Shown piece by piece: positions 10,799 through 23,595 of a DNA stretch of 64,000 nucleotides (position 1 is the stretch's first letter; every line of letters starts with the position of its first letter). The translations under genes and the position numbers were made by a program. The stretch is from assembly GCA_026416955.1 (NCBI GenBank), contig JAOAEE010000023.1, positions 21,122 through 85,121 of the forward strand, read 5' to 3'. The notes beneath the pieces are model-generated. The model had not been told where the DNA came from. It saw nothing but the letters and a program-made list of their open reading frames with translations, and did not search any database. The stretch comes from Ignavibacteria bacterium (lineage in GTDB: Bacteria; Bacteroidota; Ignavibacteria; Kapaibacteriales; UBA2268).

Positions 10799-12886
10799 TC
10801 ACTGTTTTTTTAACCTTTTATACTCTTCAACTAATTCTTCTTGGACAGAATTTGGAACTGGGGAATATCGTAAAAACTCCATTGTAAATTCTCCCTTACC
10901 TTGGGTCACTCCACGAAGACTCGATGAATAGCCAAACATCTCTTTCAAGGGAACTTCTGCCTCGACAACAACAAATCCACTGTCGACCCGTGTATTAATT
11001 ATTATTCCTCTTCGCTGATTTATTTGACCAATTATTACTCCTTGGAATTCCTCTGGTGCTGTAACTTCCAATTTCATAATAGGTTCTAAAATAACTGGCT
11101 TAGCTTTGGGCAACACTTCTTTAATTGCATATTTCGAGGCAAGTTTAAATGCCATTTCGGAAGAGTCTACTGGATGTGTTTGTCCATCATTAAGAACAAC
11201 TCTAACATTCACAACTGGTTTCCCTACTAATATTCCTTCCTTCAACTGCTCTTGAAAACCTTTATCGCAAGCGGGTATAAACTCTCTCGATATAACCCCA
11301 CCAACTATTTTGTCGACAAATTCATATTCTTTGCCTTCGCTTGCATCGATAGGTTCAATGTAACCTGCAACACGTGCAAATTGTCCTGCACCACCAGTTT
11401 GCTTTTTGTGGATATAGTTAAACTCTGCCTTTTTTGTTATAGTTTCTCTATATGCAACTTTGGGTTGACCAACAACGACTTCGCAATTGTATTCTCTTTT
11501 TATCCTTTCAAGATATATCTCAAGGTGTAATTCGCCCATCCCTTTAACTACAGTTTCTCCGGTTTCTTCATCGCGAAAGACTTGAAAAGTTGGGTCTTCT
11601 TTCTGAAATCTATTTAAAGCTTTCGAAAAGTTGTTTAATGCTGTTTTTTCTTTTGGGGCTACCGACAACTCGATTACCGGAGTTGGTACATACATCGATT
11701 GAAGAGAATAATTTACAGTTCCATCTGTAAATGTATCACCAGAATAACACTCTACTCCAAACATTGCAACGATATCTCCGGCAATTGCGGTTTCAATATC
11801 CGACATTTCCTGCGCGTGCATTCTAACAATTCGAGGAACCTTGATTTTCTTTTTACTTTTAACATTATATATCATATCACCTTTCGACACTTTTCCTTGG
11901 TAAATTCGCATATATGTTAACTGTCCGTATCTACCATCCTCGAGTTTAAAAGCAAGCCCAACAAAAGGCTTGTCGGGAGTACATTGTAACTTCACTTTCG
12001 ATTCGTTTTTGTCTAAATCAAATGCTTCATACTCTCTTTCGGAGGGATTAGGTAAGAACATACCGACTCCGTCCAACAAGGGCTGGACCCCTTTATTCTT
12101 CTTTGCCGACCCAACATAAACTGGGGTCACAAAGTGCGATATTGTTGCTTTTCGCAAACTCGATATGATTTTTTCTGTTGGGACTTGAACATCGGAAAGA
12201 TACATCTCGGCAATCTCGTCATCAAAATCAGCTAAAGTTTCAATCATTTGTATTCTGCGATACTCTGTTTCCTCTATCAACTCCTTAGGTATTTCTTTTT
12301 CGACAACTTTCTCACCATTTTCCCCTTCGAAGTATATTGCTTTCATTTTCAACAAATCGACAACACCAACGAAAGATTCTTCCAAGCCAATTGGCATAGT
12401 TACTAATACGGGGCGAAGATTCAATTTTTCTTTCATTTGTTGAACAACTTTGTCTGGATTTGCTCCGGAACGGTCCAATTTGTTTATGAAAGCAAGCCTG
12501 GAAACATTATACCTTCGTATCTGTCGGTCAACAGTTATTGTTTGGCTCTGTACTCCAGCGACCCCACAAAGCACAAGAATTGCTCCGTCGAGAACCCTAA
12601 GTGCTCTTTCCACTTCAACAGTAAAATCAATATGCCCCGGGGTATCTATCAAGTTGATATGATAATCCTGCCATCTGAAATAAGTTGAAGCAGATTGAAT
12701 TGTAATTCCTTTCTCTCTTTCCAAATCCATTGCATCAAGAGTTGGACCCGAACCGCTCTTATCCCGAACCTCAATAATTTGATGAATTCTTCCAGTGTAA
12801 TATAATATTCGTTCGCTTAAAGTTGTTTTTCCAGAATCAATATGGGCTGTTATTCCAATATTCCTAATCTTACTTAAATCTACCAT
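10799..12886 (-). CDS. elongation factor G paralog (resembles mitochondrial EF-G1 / spd-type)
   Basis: 695 aa with [17 protein letters not shown] and NKLD motifs. The domain IV tip reads [14 protein letters not shown]. Composition is host-like: one 60-nt line counted at 45% GC. Confidence 0.88.
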   Translation of the reverse strand: MVDLSKIRNIGITAHIDSGKTTLSERILYYTGRIHQIIEVRDKSGSGPTLDAMDLEREKGITIQSASTYFRWQDYHINLIDTPGHIDFTVEVERALRVLDGAILVLCGVAGVQSQTITVDRQIRRYNVSRLAFINKLDRSGANPDKVVQQMKEKLNLRPVLVTMPIGLEESFVGVVDLLKMKAIYFEGENGEKVVEKEIPKELIEETEYRRIQMIETLADFDDEIAEMYLSDVQVPTEKIISSLRKATISHFVTPVYVGSAKKNKGVQPLLDGVGMFLPNPSEREYEAFDLDKNESKVKLQCTPDKPFVGLAFKLEDGRYGQLTYMRIYQGKVSKGDMIYNVKSKKKIKVPRIVRMHAQEMSDIETAIAGDIVAMFGVECYSGDTFTDGTVNYSLQSMYVPTPVIELSVAPKEKTALNNFSKALNRFQKEDPTFQVFRDEETGETVVKGMGELHLEIYLERIKREYNCEVVVGQPKVAYRETITKKAEFNYIHKKQTGGAGQFARVAGYIEPIDASEGKEYEFVDKIVGGVISREFIPACDKGFQEQLKEGILVGKPVVNVRVVLNDGQTHPVDSSEMAFKLASKYAIKEVLPKAKPVILEPIMKLEVTAPEEFQGVIIGQINQRRGIIINTRVDSGFVVVEAEVPLKEMFGYSSSLRGVTQGKGEFTMEFLRYSPVPNSVQEELVEEYKRLKKQ

Positions 12887-12956
12887 AGCGATACAACATA
12901 AATTTTAACAAATTTCATTGTAATTTCGATAAATTAATGTTTTGTATATTAATTAA

Positions 12957-12980
12957 ACAAGGGGTTTAAACCCCTTGTTC
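12957..12980 (-). terminator. perfect palindromic hairpin after rpoC (terminator or attenuator candidate)
   Basis: AACAAGGGGTTTAAACCCCTTGTT forms an 11-bp inverted repeat with a GGGG/CCCC core. It lies 34 nt downstream of the rpoC stop. On the minus strand it is followed by TTTAATTAAT, a weak U-tract. Confidence 0.5.
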
Positions 12981-13013
12981 TTGATGAACACTATAGATTA
13001 ATAAAATTAATAA

Positions 13014-16000
13014 TTAATCAACAAATCTTTCTAATTCTTTTCCAGTTTTCTGCTCGATGGGTTTTGCTTTTTGCGTGACTGTTGCTTTTATACCTAAATC
13101 TTCATCAAAAATATTTCCAACTTCGCTTTTAACTACTATATCTTGATAATGCTTCAAACCAGTTCCTGCTGGAATCAATTGCCCAAGAATTATGTTTTCT
13201 TTCAAACCGTATAAATAATCCACTTTAGCCTGAACGGCAGCTTCGGAAAGCACTCTGGTTGTTTCTTGGAACGAAGCAGCAGACAACCAACTTTCGGTTT
13301 CGAGAGATGCTTGTGTGATTCCCAAAAGTACTGGTTCTGCGATTGCTGGGTCGGCGGGGCGAGCTTGTGCAACCTTTTTGCCTTTCTTTCTTAAATCTTG
13401 GTTAACCTCTCGGAACTTATCTTTCGAAACAATTTGACCAACTTTGAATTTTGAATCACCTTTATCGGTTATTACTACTTGTTTCTTCAACTTCTCGTTT
13501 TCGTCGATAATTCTAATTCTATCGACATAATCATTTTCGATAAACTTAGAATCGCCGGGGTCAGTAATTCTATATTTTTGCAACATTTGGCGAACAATTA
13601 TTTCGATGTGCTTATCGTTGATTTTAACACCTTGCATACGATAGACTTCTTGTATTTCGTTAACAAGGTACTCTTGAACTGCATTTGGTCCTTTAATTTT
13701 GAGAATGTCGTGTGGATTAATATCTCCATCGGTAAGACGGTCGCCAGCACGGACAAAATCACCATCTTGGACAAGAATATATTTTCCAAATGGAATATTG
13801 TATTCTTGCCGAGTTTTACCATCAAGAGAGGTAACAATAATAGTTCTTTGTCCACGCTTTACTTTTTCGAAAGTAACAATACCATCAATTTCAGAAACAA
13901 ATGCTGGATTTTGAGGTGCACGGGCTTCGAACAATTCAGTCACTCTTGGCAAACCACCAGTAATGTCGCGCATTCGTCCTAAATCGCGTGGAATCTTTAC
14001 CAATGGTGTACCAACTCCAACATACTCGTCCTCTTCGACACGTAATTGGGCTTTGACAGGGATAGAATATGAACGAACCACATTCCCTTTTTCATCGAGT
14101 ATTTCGATAGTTGGTTGTTTGTTTTTATCTCTGGATTCAATAACAACTTTAGTGATATGTCCAGTTTGTTCATCACTAATTTCTCGGTAGGTAACATTAT
14201 GAATCATATCTTTGAATCTAACACGCCCACTTGCTTCTGTTATAATTGTAGCATTATATGGGTCCCATTCATATAGCAACTGCCCTTTCTTTACTGTTTC
14301 GCCATCTCTTATTTTTAGTATTGCACCATACATAGCATCATATTTGGTTAGAATTCTATTACTATCGGGTTCGATAATATTTATTACACCATTTCTGGAT
14401 ACAACTACTTGTACTTCTTCTTCATCCTCTTCGTAAGAGACGGTTCTAATATTTTCGAACTTTGCTATACCATCGAACTTAGCAGATACAGATGATTGAC
14501 TAGTAATTAACAATGCTGTACCACCAGTATGGAAAGTACGCAATGTTAACTGAGTTCCCGGTTCCCCAATCGATTGCGATGCAATTGTTCCTACTGCTTC
14601 ACCAACATCGACAAGCTTTCCAGTAGCAAGGTTTCTACCATAACATTTGGCGCAAACTCCGTGGCGCGATTCGCAAGTAAGCACACTACGAATTGTTACC
14701 TCTTCGATAGGAGATTCTTCAATTTTTTGAGCAATATCTTCATCAATCATCTCGCCAGATTTACATAAAATTTCACCCGTAATTGGATGTTCAACATCCC
14801 AAAGTGCAACGCGTCCAAGAATTCTTTCGTACAAAGTTTCTTTTACCTCTTCTCCTTCCTTCAACGCAGTCATAACAACGCCACGAATTGTTCCGCAATC
14901 GTGTTCTGTAATAATAATATCTTGGGCAACATCGTGCAATCGACGGGTCAAATACCCAGCATCCGCGGTCTTCAAAGCGGTATCAGCTAATCCTTTGCGT
15001 GCACCGTGGGTAGAAATGAAATATTCAAGTATCGAAAGCCCTTCTTTGAAGTTAGAAAGTATCGGGTTCTCAATTAACTCGCCGGTGGAACCAGTTAGCG
15101 ATTTTCTTGGCTTTGCCATCAAGCCACGCATTCCAGCCAACTGACGAATTTGTTCTTTTGAACCACGTGCTTGGGAATCCAACATCATCCAAAAAGTATT
15201 AAATCCTTGGTCTACTTTTGAAATTTCATTGTACAATTTATCGGCAACTCGATTTGTTGCAGTCGACCAAGTATCAATAATTTTGTTGTATCTTTCACCA
15301 AAGCTAATAACACCATTTTGATATGCCGTTTCAATTTCCTCAACTCTTTTTTTCGCTTGCTCTATTATCTCGTACTTTTCTTTCGGAATGACCACGTCGG
15401 AAATGCTTACAGAAAGTCCACCGCGAGTAGCATATTCAAATCCTATTTGCTTTAAATTATCCAGAAACTCAACTGTTGTCGCTAAACCAGCAACACGGAA
15501 ACAATAACCAATAATCTGACGTAGCCTCTTTTTCGTAAGTAACTCATTAATAAATCCTAATTCTTTTGGAACAATTTGGTTTAGCAAGACCCTACCGGTG
15601 GTCGTTTCAACTAATTTACCATCAATTTTGACTTTTATTTTTGCGTGCAAATCCAAAACACCATTATTATGGGCGATAATAACTTCGGAAGGCGAATTAA
15701 ATATCTTTCCTTCGCCCTTAACGCCAGACTTTGCTTTGGTAATGTAGTAAATGCCTAAAACCATATCTTGTGATGGAACAGCAATTGGGTCACCATTTTG
15801 TGTATGGACAATGTTGTGTGGAGCAAGCATAAGAAGCAAAGCTTCGAGTTGTGCTTCGAAACTTAAAGGAACGTGAACTGCCATCTGGTCACCGTCGAAG
15901 TCAGCGTTGAAAGCTGTACAAACCAAAGGATGCAATTGTATTGCTTTCCCCTCTATTAGTCTTGGTTGAAATGCTTGAATACCAACTCGGTGCAATGTTG

Positions 16001-17306
16001 GTGCACGATTTAGCAAAACTGGATGATTTTCTATAACTTTTTCCAAAATGTCCCAAACCTCGTTCGTTTTCTTTTCGACCAATTTCTTTGCACTTTTTAC
16101 TGTTCGGCAATGACCTCTTTCAATAAGTTTTCGTATAATAAAGGGCTTAAACAACTCGACAGCCATATCCTTAGGCAATCCACATTCGTGCATTTTAAGT
16201 TCAGGACCGACCACAATAACGGAGCGACCGGAATAATCGACGCGTTTACCAAGCAAATTCTGACGGAACCTTCCTTGTTTACCCTTCAAAGCATCTGCAA
16301 GAGACTTCAAAGGTTTATTCGACTCTGTCTTAGTTACTTTTCTCGAACTATCAAAAAGTGCATCAACACTTTCTTGAAGCATTCTTTGTTCGTTTCGAAT
16401 AATTACAGCGGGGGCTTTAATATCCATCAATCTCTTTAAACGGTTATTTCGAATAATAACCCTTCGATAAAGGTCGTTTAAATCCGATGCAGCAAATCTC
16501 CCGCCTTCCAAAGGAATCAGTGGCCTAAGGTCTGGGGGAATAACTGGAATTACATCCAAGACCATCCATTCTGGGCGATTTATTGGTTCTCCAGTCTTTT
16601 CGTCGGGAAGAAAAGCCTCCAATACTTTTAGCCGTTTGAATATTTCTTGCTTTTTCTGAGGATTTTTTTCATCGCGCATCAAAGTTCTTAACTTATAATA
16701 TTCCTCTTCGACATCTACTCTTTTAAGCAATTCTTTAATTGCTTGTCCCCCCATCAAAGCAAGAAACTTATTTGGGTCGTCGTCGTCAAGATATTTCTCC
16801 TCGTCAGTAAGGCTTTCCATAATGTTGTTGTATTCTACGTCGGAGATTAAATCGTACTTCTTAAAAGGAAACTTACCAGGATTTACAACAACATAAGTTT
16901 CGTAATAAACTATCTTTTCCAGATCTTTCGAAGATAAACCGAGAACTGCACCAATTTTACTTGGCAAACTCCGTAGAAACCAAATATGAACAACAGGAGT
17001 AGCCAACATTATGTGGCCCATTCTTTCACGGCGCACAGTCTTTTGAGTAACTTCTACTCCACATCTATCGCAAACAATGCCTTTATACCTAATTCTCTTA
17101 TATTTGCCGCAAGCGCATTCCCAATCTTTTACGGGACCAAATATTTTTTCGCAGAATAGACCATCCTTTTCTGGTCTATATGAACGATAGTTAATAGTTT
17201 CTGGCTTTGTAACCTCCCCTCGAGAGCGTTCGAGAATAGAATCGGGGGAAGCAATTTTAATCATTACTTTTCTAAACCCTTTTTTTGGAATTGGTTTCCC
17301 TTGCAT
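13014..17306 (-). CDS. rpoC: DNA-directed RNA polymerase subunit beta-prime
   Basis: 1430 aa. It carries the zinc-finger CxCGKY...CDRCGVEV, the catalytic NADFDGDQM motif, and trigger-loop and bridge-helix regions. Confidence 0.98.
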   Translation of the reverse strand: MQGKPIPKKGFRKVMIKIASPDSILERSRGEVTKPETINYRSYRPEKDGLFCEKIFGPVKDWECACGKYKRIRYKGIVCDRCGVEVTQKTVRRERMGHIMLATPVVHIWFLRSLPSKIGAVLGLSSKDLEKIVYYETYVVVNPGKFPFKKYDLISDVEYNNIMESLTDEEKYLDDDDPNKFLALMGGQAIKELLKRVDVEEEYYKLRTLMRDEKNPQKKQEIFKRLKVLEAFLPDEKTGEPINRPEWMVLDVIPVIPPDLRPLIPLEGGRFAASDLNDLYRRVIIRNNRLKRLMDIKAPAVIIRNEQRMLQESVDALFDSSRKVTKTESNKPLKSLADALKGKQGRFRQNLLGKRVDYSGRSVIVVGPELKMHECGLPKDMAVELFKPFIIRKLIERGHCRTVKSAKKLVEKKTNEVWDILEKVIENHPVLLNRAPTLHRVGIQAFQPRLIEGKAIQLHPLVCTAFNADFDGDQMAVHVPLSFEAQLEALLLMLAPHNIVHTQNGDPIAVPSQDMVLGIYYITKAKSGVKGEGKIFNSPSEVIIAHNNGVLDLHAKIKVKIDGKLVETTTGRVLLNQIVPKELGFINELLTKKRLRQIIGYCFRVAGLATTVEFLDNLKQIGFEYATRGGLSVSISDVVIPKEKYEIIEQAKKRVEEIETAYQNGVISFGERYNKIIDTWSTATNRVADKLYNEISKVDQGFNTFWMMLDSQARGSKEQIRQLAGMRGLMAKPRKSLTGSTGELIENPILSNFKEGLSILEYFISTHGARKGLADTALKTADAGYLTRRLHDVAQDIIITEHDCGTIRGVVMTALKEGEEVKETLYERILGRVALWDVEHPITGEILCKSGEMIDEDIAQKIEESPIEEVTIRSVLTCESRHGVCAKCYGRNLATGKLVDVGEAVGTIASQSIGEPGTQLTLRTFHTGGTALLITSQSSVSAKFDGIAKFENIRTVSYEEDEEEVQVVVSRNGVINIIEPDSNRILTKYDAMYGAILKIRDGETVKKGQLLYEWDPYNATIITEASGRVRFKDMIHNVTYREISDEQTGHITKVVIESRDKNKQPTIEILDEKGNVVRSYSIPVKAQLRVEEDEYVGVGTPLVKIPRDLGRMRDITGGLPRVTELFEARAPQNPAFVSEIDGIVTFEKVKRGQRTIIVTSLDGKTRQEYNIPFGKYILVQDGDFVRAGDRLTDGDINPHDILKIKGPNAVQEYLVNEIQEVYRMQGVKINDKHIEIIVRQMLQKYRITDPGDSKFIENDYVDRIRIIDENEKLKKQVVITDKGDSKFKVGQIVSKDKFREVNQDLRKKGKKVAQARPADPAIAEPVLLGITQASLETESWLSAASFQETTRVLSEAAVQAKVDYLYGLKENIILGQLIPAGTGLKHYQDIVVKSEVGNIFDEDLGIKATVTQKAKPIEQKTGKELERFVD

Positions 17307-17336
17307 TTTTAACCAAAATTTATTTATAATACCATT

Positions 17337-20300
17337 TTATTCAAGAATCACATCAAGGCACAAACCTTGCATTTCACGCACAAGGACATTGAACGACTCG
17401 GGAACATTCGGGTCGGGCAAATTGTCCCCTTTGACAATTGCTTCGTATGCCTTTGCACGCCCTACTACATCGTCGGATTTTATAGTCAACATTTCTTGAA
17501 GAGTATGAGCGGCACCATAAGCCTCGAGTGCCCAAACCTCCATTTCTCCCAAACGTTGTCCACCAAACTGGGCTTTTCCTCCAAGAGGTTGCTGCGTAAT
17601 CAACGAGTAAGGTCCTATAGAGCGGGCATGTATCTTGTCCTCGACCATATGAACAAGTTTCATCATATAGATAACACCAACTGTAACTTTTTCGTGGAAT
17701 GGCTCGCCAGTCCTCCCATCATATAGAATTGTTTTGCCATCGGGTGGTAAACCGGCAAGTTTCAAAAATTCAGAAACTTGTTCCCAACTAGCTCCATCGA
17801 AAACTGGCGAAGCGAAACGAATCCCAAGTTTCTGACCAGCCCACCCAAGAGAAGTTTCGAACAATTGGCCAAGGTTCATTCTTGAAGGAACGCCAAGTGG
17901 GTTCAAAACAATATCGACTGGTGTTCCATCCGGTAGAAATGGCATATCCTCGACAGGAACAATAATCGAAACGATACCTTTGTTTCCATGTCGGCCAGCC
18001 ATCTTATCGCCAACCATCAATTTTCTTTTTATTGCAATGTAAACTTTTGCCATTTTTACAATTCCGGGTTGCAATTCGTCGCCAGTAGCAGCTTTGGCTC
18101 GGTACGACCTAAAGGTCTGTTGAATTTTGTTCTTTTGTTCAAAATAGTTGCTCAACATTTTACGCAAAAGTATATCGCGTTCTTTATTAGCAACAATTGG
18201 CTTATCTAAATCAATAGCCTCGATTTTAATAGGTTGATTATTGAAATAATCTAAGACTTCTTGAGCAGAAACTTTATATCCACTACGGAAAATGGTTTCA
18301 CCATTGTTTAATTTCAATCCATAAACTTTTTGACCATCAAGGATTTTTGCCAATTTATCCACGGCATCTTTTGCCAATTGAGCCAATTTTTCGCTTTCGG
18401 CTTTTGCTATTCTTTCAAGCCGTCGTTTTTCCTCGGCATCTGAATCGGAGCCCTTGGCATGCCTACGGGAGAATAACTTTGTATTAATGACAACACCGCG
18501 TAAACCCGGTGGAGCTTTCAACGATGCGTCTTTTACATCTCCTGCTTTATCTCCAAAAATTGCTCTCAGAAGTTTTTCTTCGGGGGTTGGTTCAGTTTCT
18601 CCTTTAGGTGTTATTTTACCAATTAGGATATCACCTTCTCGCACTTTTGCCCCAACGCGAACAATTCCATCCTCGTCAAGGTCTTTTGTGGCTTCCTCGG
18701 AAACATTGGGAATATCGCGGGTAAATTCTTCCTCGCCTCTTTTAGTATCGCGAACTTGAAGGGAGAATTCCTCTAAGTGCACAGATGTAAATATATCTTG
18801 AGCAACAAGTCTTTCAGAAACGACAATCGCGTCTTCGAAGTTATAACCTCTCCAAGGCATAAAAGCAACCAAAACATTCCTTCCAAGCGCAAGTTCCCCC
18901 TGGTCTGTTGCAGCACCATCTGCAATTGGCATTCCTTTGTAAACCTTGTCGCCTACCCTTACAATTGGTTTTTGATTGACACAGGTGTTTTGATTAGTTC
19001 TAAAATACTTTAAAAGTTTGTATTCTTTAATCTCTTGAAAAGTAAAGTCCACCAGTTTTTCTTCTTCAGTTCGAGTATCTTGATATTTAATTCTAATTCT
19101 TTCTGAATCTACGTAAATAACCTCACCGGGACCTTCGGCAAACAGCAAAGTGCGAGAATCCTTTGCAACTTTCGGTTCCATACCAGTTCCAACAATTGGG
19201 GCTTCTGGCCGTAAAAGGGGTACCGCTTGTCGTTGCATATTTGAACCCATAAGGGCACGGTTAGCATCATCGTGTTCAAGGAATGGAATCAGCGAAGCAG
19301 CAGCACTCGTTATTTGCTCTGTTGATACTTCCAAATAGTTTACTTCTTCGGGCGAAACAACCACAAAATCGCCAGAAAGCCTTGCATTGACTTTCTTGGC
19401 AATTATTCTTCCACTTTCATCAATAGGTGTATGAACAGTAGCAATTACTTTACCATCTTCGTCTTCTGCAGTAAGGTATTCAATTTCATTGGTTACAACA
19501 CCATCAATTACTTTTCTATAAGGAGTTTCGATAAAGCCCTTATCGTTCACTCTTGCAAACAAAGAAAGAGAAGATATCAAACCGATGTTTGGACCTTCGG
19601 GGGTTTCAATTGGGCAAAGCCTTCCATAATGAGTATAGTGAACGTCGCGTACCTCGAAACCAGCTCGCTCTCTACTAAGTCCGCCCGGACCAAGAGCCGA
19701 AGTTCTTCTCTTGTGGGTCAATTCTGCAAGCGGATTTGTCTGGTCCATAAATTGAGATAATTGGTTCGTACCAAAGAATTGGTTAATAACAGAATTCATT
19801 GTTCGAGCATTGACCAAATCCGCTGGTGTTAAATTCTCAGCTTCCCGGACACTTAATCTCTCTTTAATGGTTCTTGTCATTCTGTTCAAACCAAGATTAA
19901 TTTGGGCAGTAAGTTGTTCACCTACGGTACGAACACGTCTGTTCCCAAGATGGTCAATATCATCGCCACTTAATTTATTATCGTGCAAGTTAAGTAGATA
20001 CTTTATAGTGGCAATAATATCTTCTTTTGTTAATACTGTATATTCTGGGTCGATGTCTAGACCAAGTTTCTTATTTATTTTAAACCTACCAACTAAACCA
20101 AGGTCATATCTTTTTGAGTTAAAGAAAAGTTTTTCGAGCAAAGCCTCGCAAGCTTGTAAATCGGGGGGGTCTGTAGTTCTAAGTTGTCGGAAGATGTGTT
20201 CAAGAGCTTCTTCTCGATTACGAGTGGGGTCTTTTGAAAGAGTTCTTGCAATAACGGGCTCTTCGCTTGGATCGTATGGTTTATACAAACGAATATCAAG

Positions 20301-21194
20301 CACTTGGGTGCTTTTAATTTTCTCGATTAAGTCTGTGGTTAAAATCATATCGCGGGTTGCAATAATTTCGCCAGTTGTTAAATCCACAACATCGCTCGAG
20401 AGTTTGCGGCCTACGTAATTTTCATTTAAATCTTGATTTGTAACCACCTCGTCCAAGCCAAATAGTTGAATAATCTCCATATCGGAGGAATAACCCAAAG
20501 CTCGAAGGAAAGTAGTTGTCAAAAATTTCTTTTTTCTGTCGACATAAGTAGTCAAGACCTCGTGTATGTCGGTTGTGAATTCCAACCAAGAACCTTTGAA
20601 TGGAATAATGCGTGCAGAATAAATTCGGGTTCCGTTAGGATGCATAGTATCGTCGAAGAAAACTCCGGGTGACCGATGTAATTGGGATACAACAACACGT
20701 TCGGCACCATTTATAATAAAAGTACCTCGGGAAGTCATCGCTGGAATATTTCCAAGATAAACTTCTTGTTCGATAGCTTCGATGTAATCTTCGGAATCGG
20801 GCGAAACTTTGCTGGATAATCTGAACTTTGCTTTAAGGGCTTTCGAGTAGGTTAGTTCTCTTTCCCTACATTCCTCCTCAGAGTATTTTGGCTTTTCAAT
20901 TGAATAACTTAAAAACTCGAGTTGATAAATACCAGAAGTATCCTCGACTGGGAAGTTCGAAAGAAAAGCAGATTGCAAACCAACGTTCTTTCGCTCCTCT
21001 GGTGGAACATCTTCTTGGAGAAATTCTTCGTATGATTTTAACTGGATATCAAGTAAATCGGGAAAGTTTGTATACCTTCGAGTCTTACCGAAATTAATTC
21101 TTTCCACTAATCTTACAGTACCATCAATATCCGTATCTCGCAAAACTGAAAGCCCAAAATCTTTTGCTAATTTCTCGATTTTTTCGTTTTTCAC
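17337..21194 (-). CDS. rpoB: DNA-directed RNA polymerase subunit beta
   Basis: Contains ...RINFGK..., GRHGNKG and other typical beta-subunit blocks. The ORF track starts at TTG 21209, but that codon overlaps a GGAGG (21207-21203). A GTG at 21194 lies 8 nt downstream of that SD, so I prefer it as the start. Confidence 0.95.
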   Translation of the reverse strand: MKNEKIEKLAKDFGLSVLRDTDIDGTVRLVERINFGKTRRYTNFPDLLDIQLKSYEEFLQEDVPPEERKNVGLQSAFLSNFPVEDTSGIYQLEFLSYSIEKPKYSEEECRERELTYSKALKAKFRLSSKVSPDSEDYIEAIEQEVYLGNIPAMTSRGTFIINGAERVVVSQLHRSPGVFFDDTMHPNGTRIYSARIIPFKGSWLEFTTDIHEVLTTYVDRKKKFLTTTFLRALGYSSDMEIIQLFGLDEVVTNQDLNENYVGRKLSSDVVDLTTGEIIATRDMILTTDLIEKIKSTQVLDIRLYKPYDPSEEPVIARTLSKDPTRNREEALEHIFRQLRTTDPPDLQACEALLEKLFFNSKRYDLGLVGRFKINKKLGLDIDPEYTVLTKEDIIATIKYLLNLHDNKLSGDDIDHLGNRRVRTVGEQLTAQINLGLNRMTRTIKERLSVREAENLTPADLVNARTMNSVINQFFGTNQLSQFMDQTNPLAELTHKRRTSALGPGGLSRERAGFEVRDVHYTHYGRLCPIETPEGPNIGLISSLSLFARVNDKGFIETPYRKVIDGVVTNEIEYLTAEDEDGKVIATVHTPIDESGRIIAKKVNARLSGDFVVVSPEEVNYLEVSTEQITSAAASLIPFLEHDDANRALMGSNMQRQAVPLLRPEAPIVGTGMEPKVAKDSRTLLFAEGPGEVIYVDSERIRIKYQDTRTEEEKLVDFTFQEIKEYKLLKYFRTNQNTCVNQKPIVRVGDKVYKGMPIADGAATDQGELALGRNVLVAFMPWRGYNFEDAIVVSERLVAQDIFTSVHLEEFSLQVRDTKRGEEEFTRDIPNVSEEATKDLDEDGIVRVGAKVREGDILIGKITPKGETEPTPEEKLLRAIFGDKAGDVKDASLKAPPGLRGVVINTKLFSRRHAKGSDSDAEEKRRLERIAKAESEKLAQLAKDAVDKLAKILDGQKVYGLKLNNGETIFRSGYKVSAQEVLDYFNNQPIKIEAIDLDKPIVANKERDILLRKMLSNYFEQKNKIQQTFRSYRAKAATGDELQPGIVKMAKVYIAIKRKLMVGDKMAGRHGNKGIVSIIVPVEDMPFLPDGTPVDIVLNPLGVPSRMNLGQLFETSLGWAGQKLGIRFASPVFDGASWEQVSEFLKLAGLPPDGKTILYDGRTGEPFHEKVTVGVIYMMKLVHMVEDKIHARSIGPYSLITQQPLGGKAQFGGQRLGEMEVWALEAYGAAHTLQEMLTIKSDDVVGRAKAYEAIVKGDNLPDPNVPESFNVLVREMQGLCLDVILE

Positions 21195-21349
21195 TGGATT
21201 AACCTCCAAATTTATTACATTACAAATCTATTTTCTTTTTTTGCAAAAAATATAAGGCAAAGCCAAACTCCTGGCTTCACCAATGAACAAGCCCTTTGAA
21301 TGAACTTGTATTGCCAATTGTGTTATTCCATTCAAAAATCCTTGTTTAA

Positions 21350-21381
21350 CAAAAATTGGACCGAGCCGAAACTCGGTCCAA
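21350..21381 (-). terminator. rplL-rpoB intergenic hairpin (attenuator or partial terminator candidate)
   Basis: TTGGACCGAG-ccgaaa-CTCGGTCCAA gives a perfect 10-bp stem at 21356-21381. On the minus strand it is followed by TTTTTG. It lies 10 nt after the rplL stop and about 150 nt before rpoB. Confidence 0.65.
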
Positions 21382-21390
21382 AGTTTTAAT

Positions 21391-21777
21391 TTATTTAAGA
21401 GTAACCTTTGCCCCTTGGGCTTCAAGTTTCTTCTTAATGTCTTCGGCTTCCTCTTTGCTACAACCTTCTTTGACCATTTTAGGAGCACCTTCAACAAGCT
21501 CTTTTGCTTCTTTCAATCCCAAACCAGTAATTTCACGGATAACCTTGATAACATTAAGTTTATTTGGACCCATATCGGTCAATTCGACATCGAATTCAGT
21601 CTTTTCCTCTTCCTTTGGTGCTTCGGCAGGAGCACCGGGAGCAACTGCGCCAGCAACCATAACAGGTGCGGCAGCGGTAACACCAAACTTTTCTTCCAAA
21701 GCCTTTTTCAATTCTGCGGCTTCAACTAATGTAAGTTTCGATATCTTTTCTACCAATTCTTCAACTATTGCAGACAT
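21391..21777 (-). CDS. rplL: 50S ribosomal protein L7/L12
   Basis: [33 protein letters not shown]...GAKVTLK. The ATG at 21777 has AAGGAG 5 nt upstream. The longer ORF-track start at 21807 would abut the rplJ stop and lacks an SD. Confidence 0.95.
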   Translation of the reverse strand: MSAIVEELVEKISKLTLVEAAELKKALEEKFGVTAAAPVMVAGAVAPGAPAEAPKEEEKTEFDVELTDMGPNKLNVIKVIREITGLGLKEAKELVEGAPKMVKEGCSKEEAEDIKKKLEAQGAKVTLK

Positions 21778-21807
21778 TTCTACTCCTTTATTTTTTGATA
21801 AAAACAA

Positions 21808-22332
21808 TTATTGTGAATTCTTTTTTGCAACTTCTTCGATTAAATAAGCAAGGTCGCGAATAACAGCGTTTATCGAACCAATTATTCCAGAAATAGGAGC
21901 GTCCAAGCTACCCAAAATACTTGCAATGATATCGCTTTTCGAAGGCAATGCAGCAAGCGTTTTCAATTGGTCGGCACCATAAGCAATACCTTCGACTACT
22001 GCTCCTTTGAATATTGGTTGCTGAAACTTTTCGATACGCTCTTTAAGTATACGCGCTGGTTCTATTGGGTCGCCATAACCAAAAATCACACCAGTTGGAC
22101 CCCGAAACCCATCTTTCAACCCAGGAAGATTGCCAGCCTCGGATAAAGCCCTTTCGAGAAGAGTATTTTTTGCGACCTTCAATTCCATTTGCTTCTTTTT
22201 CAACTCGCGCCGAAATTGAAGTGTCGTCTCGACATTCATTCCGGTAAAATCAATAAAGTAGTATGAATTTACCTTCTTGAATTTCTCGACAAGACTTTGA
22301 ACCTGTTCCGCTTTCCTTTGTTTTGTAATCAT
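21808..22332 (-). CDS. rplJ: 50S ribosomal protein L10
   Basis: 174 aa. The L10-like N-terminus (KAEQVQSLVEKFKK...) and the position between rplA and rplL support the call. Confidence 0.93.
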   Translation of the reverse strand: MITKQRKAEQVQSLVEKFKKVNSYYFIDFTGMNVETTLQFRRELKKKQMELKVAKNTLLERALSEAGNLPGLKDGFRGPTGVIFGYGDPIEPARILKERIEKFQQPIFKGAVVEGIAYGADQLKTLAALPSKSDIIASILGSLDAPISGIIGSINAVIRDLAYLIEEVAKKNSQ

Positions 22333-22427
22333 TTCACCATCCTTATTTGTTTAAAAAGCGACTTCGTTCAAAAAGAACGAGAAGCAAGCCGCTAATTTCA
22401 TTTATGAGTGCGTAATAGCTTTCATTA

Positions 22428-23126
22428 TTATGCATTTTGGAAAGAAGACTCACTCACTTCCACACTTGGACCCATCGTCGAAGTAAAATGAATGCTTTTA
22501 ACATATCGACCTTTTGCAGTTGCTGGTTTCGCTTTAATAATACTTTGATACAAAGCCTGAATATTTTCGGCCAATTGCTCTACACTAAACGAACATTTTC
22601 CAATCGATGCGTGAACGTTTCCAGTTTTATCAACGCGATACTCGATTTTACCAGCCTTAACTTCTCTTACGGCTTTCGCTATGTCGGTTGTAACAGTACC
22701 ACTTTTAGGATTTGGCATAAGCCCTCGGGGACCAAGGATTTTCCCAAGTTTACCAACTTCACCCATAACATCTGGTGTTGCAATTATTACATCAACATCG
22801 GTCCAACCACCTTTTATTTTTTCTATATATTCTTCGAAACCAGCGTAGTCAGCGCCAGCATCCAAAGCCTCTTGGTCTCTTGGTGGTTTACATAAAACAA
22901 GTACCCGTACTTGTTTGCCAGTTCCGTGTGGTAGCGTTACTGTGCCGCGAACCAATTGGTCTGCTTTTCTTGGGTCGACACCCAAACGAATCGCAACCTC
23001 GAAGGATTCATCGAATTTTGCAGTTGCATTTTTCTTTACAATCTCGATAGCATCCTTGAAGGAATAAACTGCTTTGGGGTCGTAATTTTTTAGCAATTGA
23101 CGGTAACGTTTCCCGTGCTTTTTCAT
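22428..23126 (-). CDS. rplA: 50S ribosomal protein L1
   Basis: [16 protein letters not shown]...[30 protein letters not shown]... The ATG at 23126 is preceded by GAGGGAG. The TTG at 23138 in the ORF track overlaps that SD. Confidence 0.95.
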   Translation of the reverse strand: MKKHGKRYRQLLKNYDPKAVYSFKDAIEIVKKNATAKFDESFEVAIRLGVDPRKADQLVRGTVTLPHGTGKQVRVLVLCKPPRDQEALDAGADYAGFEEYIEKIKGGWTDVDVIIATPDVMGEVGKLGKILGPRGLMPNPKSGTVTTDIAKAVREVKAGKIEYRVDKTGNVHASIGKCSFSVEQLAENIQALYQSIIKAKPATAKGRYVKSIHFTSTMGPSVEVSESSFQNA

Positions 23127-23138
23127 AAACTCCCTCAA

Positions 23139-23564
23139 TTAATCGACAACAGTAACTCCCATACTTCTTGCTGTTCCTTTTATCATAGATACAGCAGATT
23201 CAAGAGTATCACAATTTAAATCTTCCATTTTCATTTTTGCAATTTCCTCGCATTGGGCTCGCGTAATTTGCCCAACCTTCACTTTATGGGGTTGGCCAGA
23301 CCCTTTCTCGATCCCAGCAGCCTTCATAATTAATACTGCTGCAGGTGGGGATTTAACAACAAATGTAAAACTTTTATCGGAGTAAAATGTAACGACAACC
23401 GGAACAATTGTACCTTTTTGTTTTGCAGTTCTTGCGTTAAATTGCTTTACAAATTCAACACCATTAAGCCCTCGTTGTCCAAATGCCGGACCAACGGGTG
23501 GCGACATTGTCGCCTCTCCGGCGGGCAATTGTAGTTTAAACGAACCTAATACCTTTTTTGCCAT
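23139..23564 (-). CDS. rplK: 50S ribosomal protein L11
   Basis: [34 protein letters not shown]... is canonical L11. Confidence 0.97.
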   Translation of the reverse strand: MAKKVLGSFKLQLPAGEATMSPPVGPAFGQRGLNGVEFVKQFNARTAKQKGTIVPVVVTFYSDKSFTFVVKSPPAAVLIMKAAGIEKGSGQPHKVKVGQITRAQCEEIAKMKMEDLNCDTLESAVSMIKGTARSMGVTVVD

Positions 23565-23595
23565 ATCTAAACTCTACTTTAATTACTTACACATA

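Noticed and set aside
10799-12886. EF-G paralog as a TetM/TetQ-type ribosomal protection protein, or as part of the R-M cassette
   Set aside because: At 695 aa it is full-length EF-G, with an EF-G-type domain IV tip (QTGGAGQF). Its composition is host-like, unlike the AT-rich cassette next to it.
19810-20418. 202-aa plus-strand ORF inside rpoB, with similar ones at 13479-13982 in rpoC and 16023-16439
   Set aside because: They are antisense to highly conserved polymerase genes. Long open antisense frames are expected from codon bias, and these carry no motifs.
21228-21497. 89-aa minus-strand ORF in the rplL-rpoB spacer
   Set aside because: It overlaps the 3' end of rplL in another frame and runs through the attenuator hairpin. 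It is basic and low-complexity, and a non-coding leader is the better explanation.
22333-22427. Imperfect hairpin (CTTCGTTC aaaaa GAACGAGAAG) between rplA and rplJ as an L10 leader or terminator
   Set aside because: The stem has a bulge and no clear U-tract. I cannot tell an L10(L12)4-binding leader from chance pairing without covariation data.
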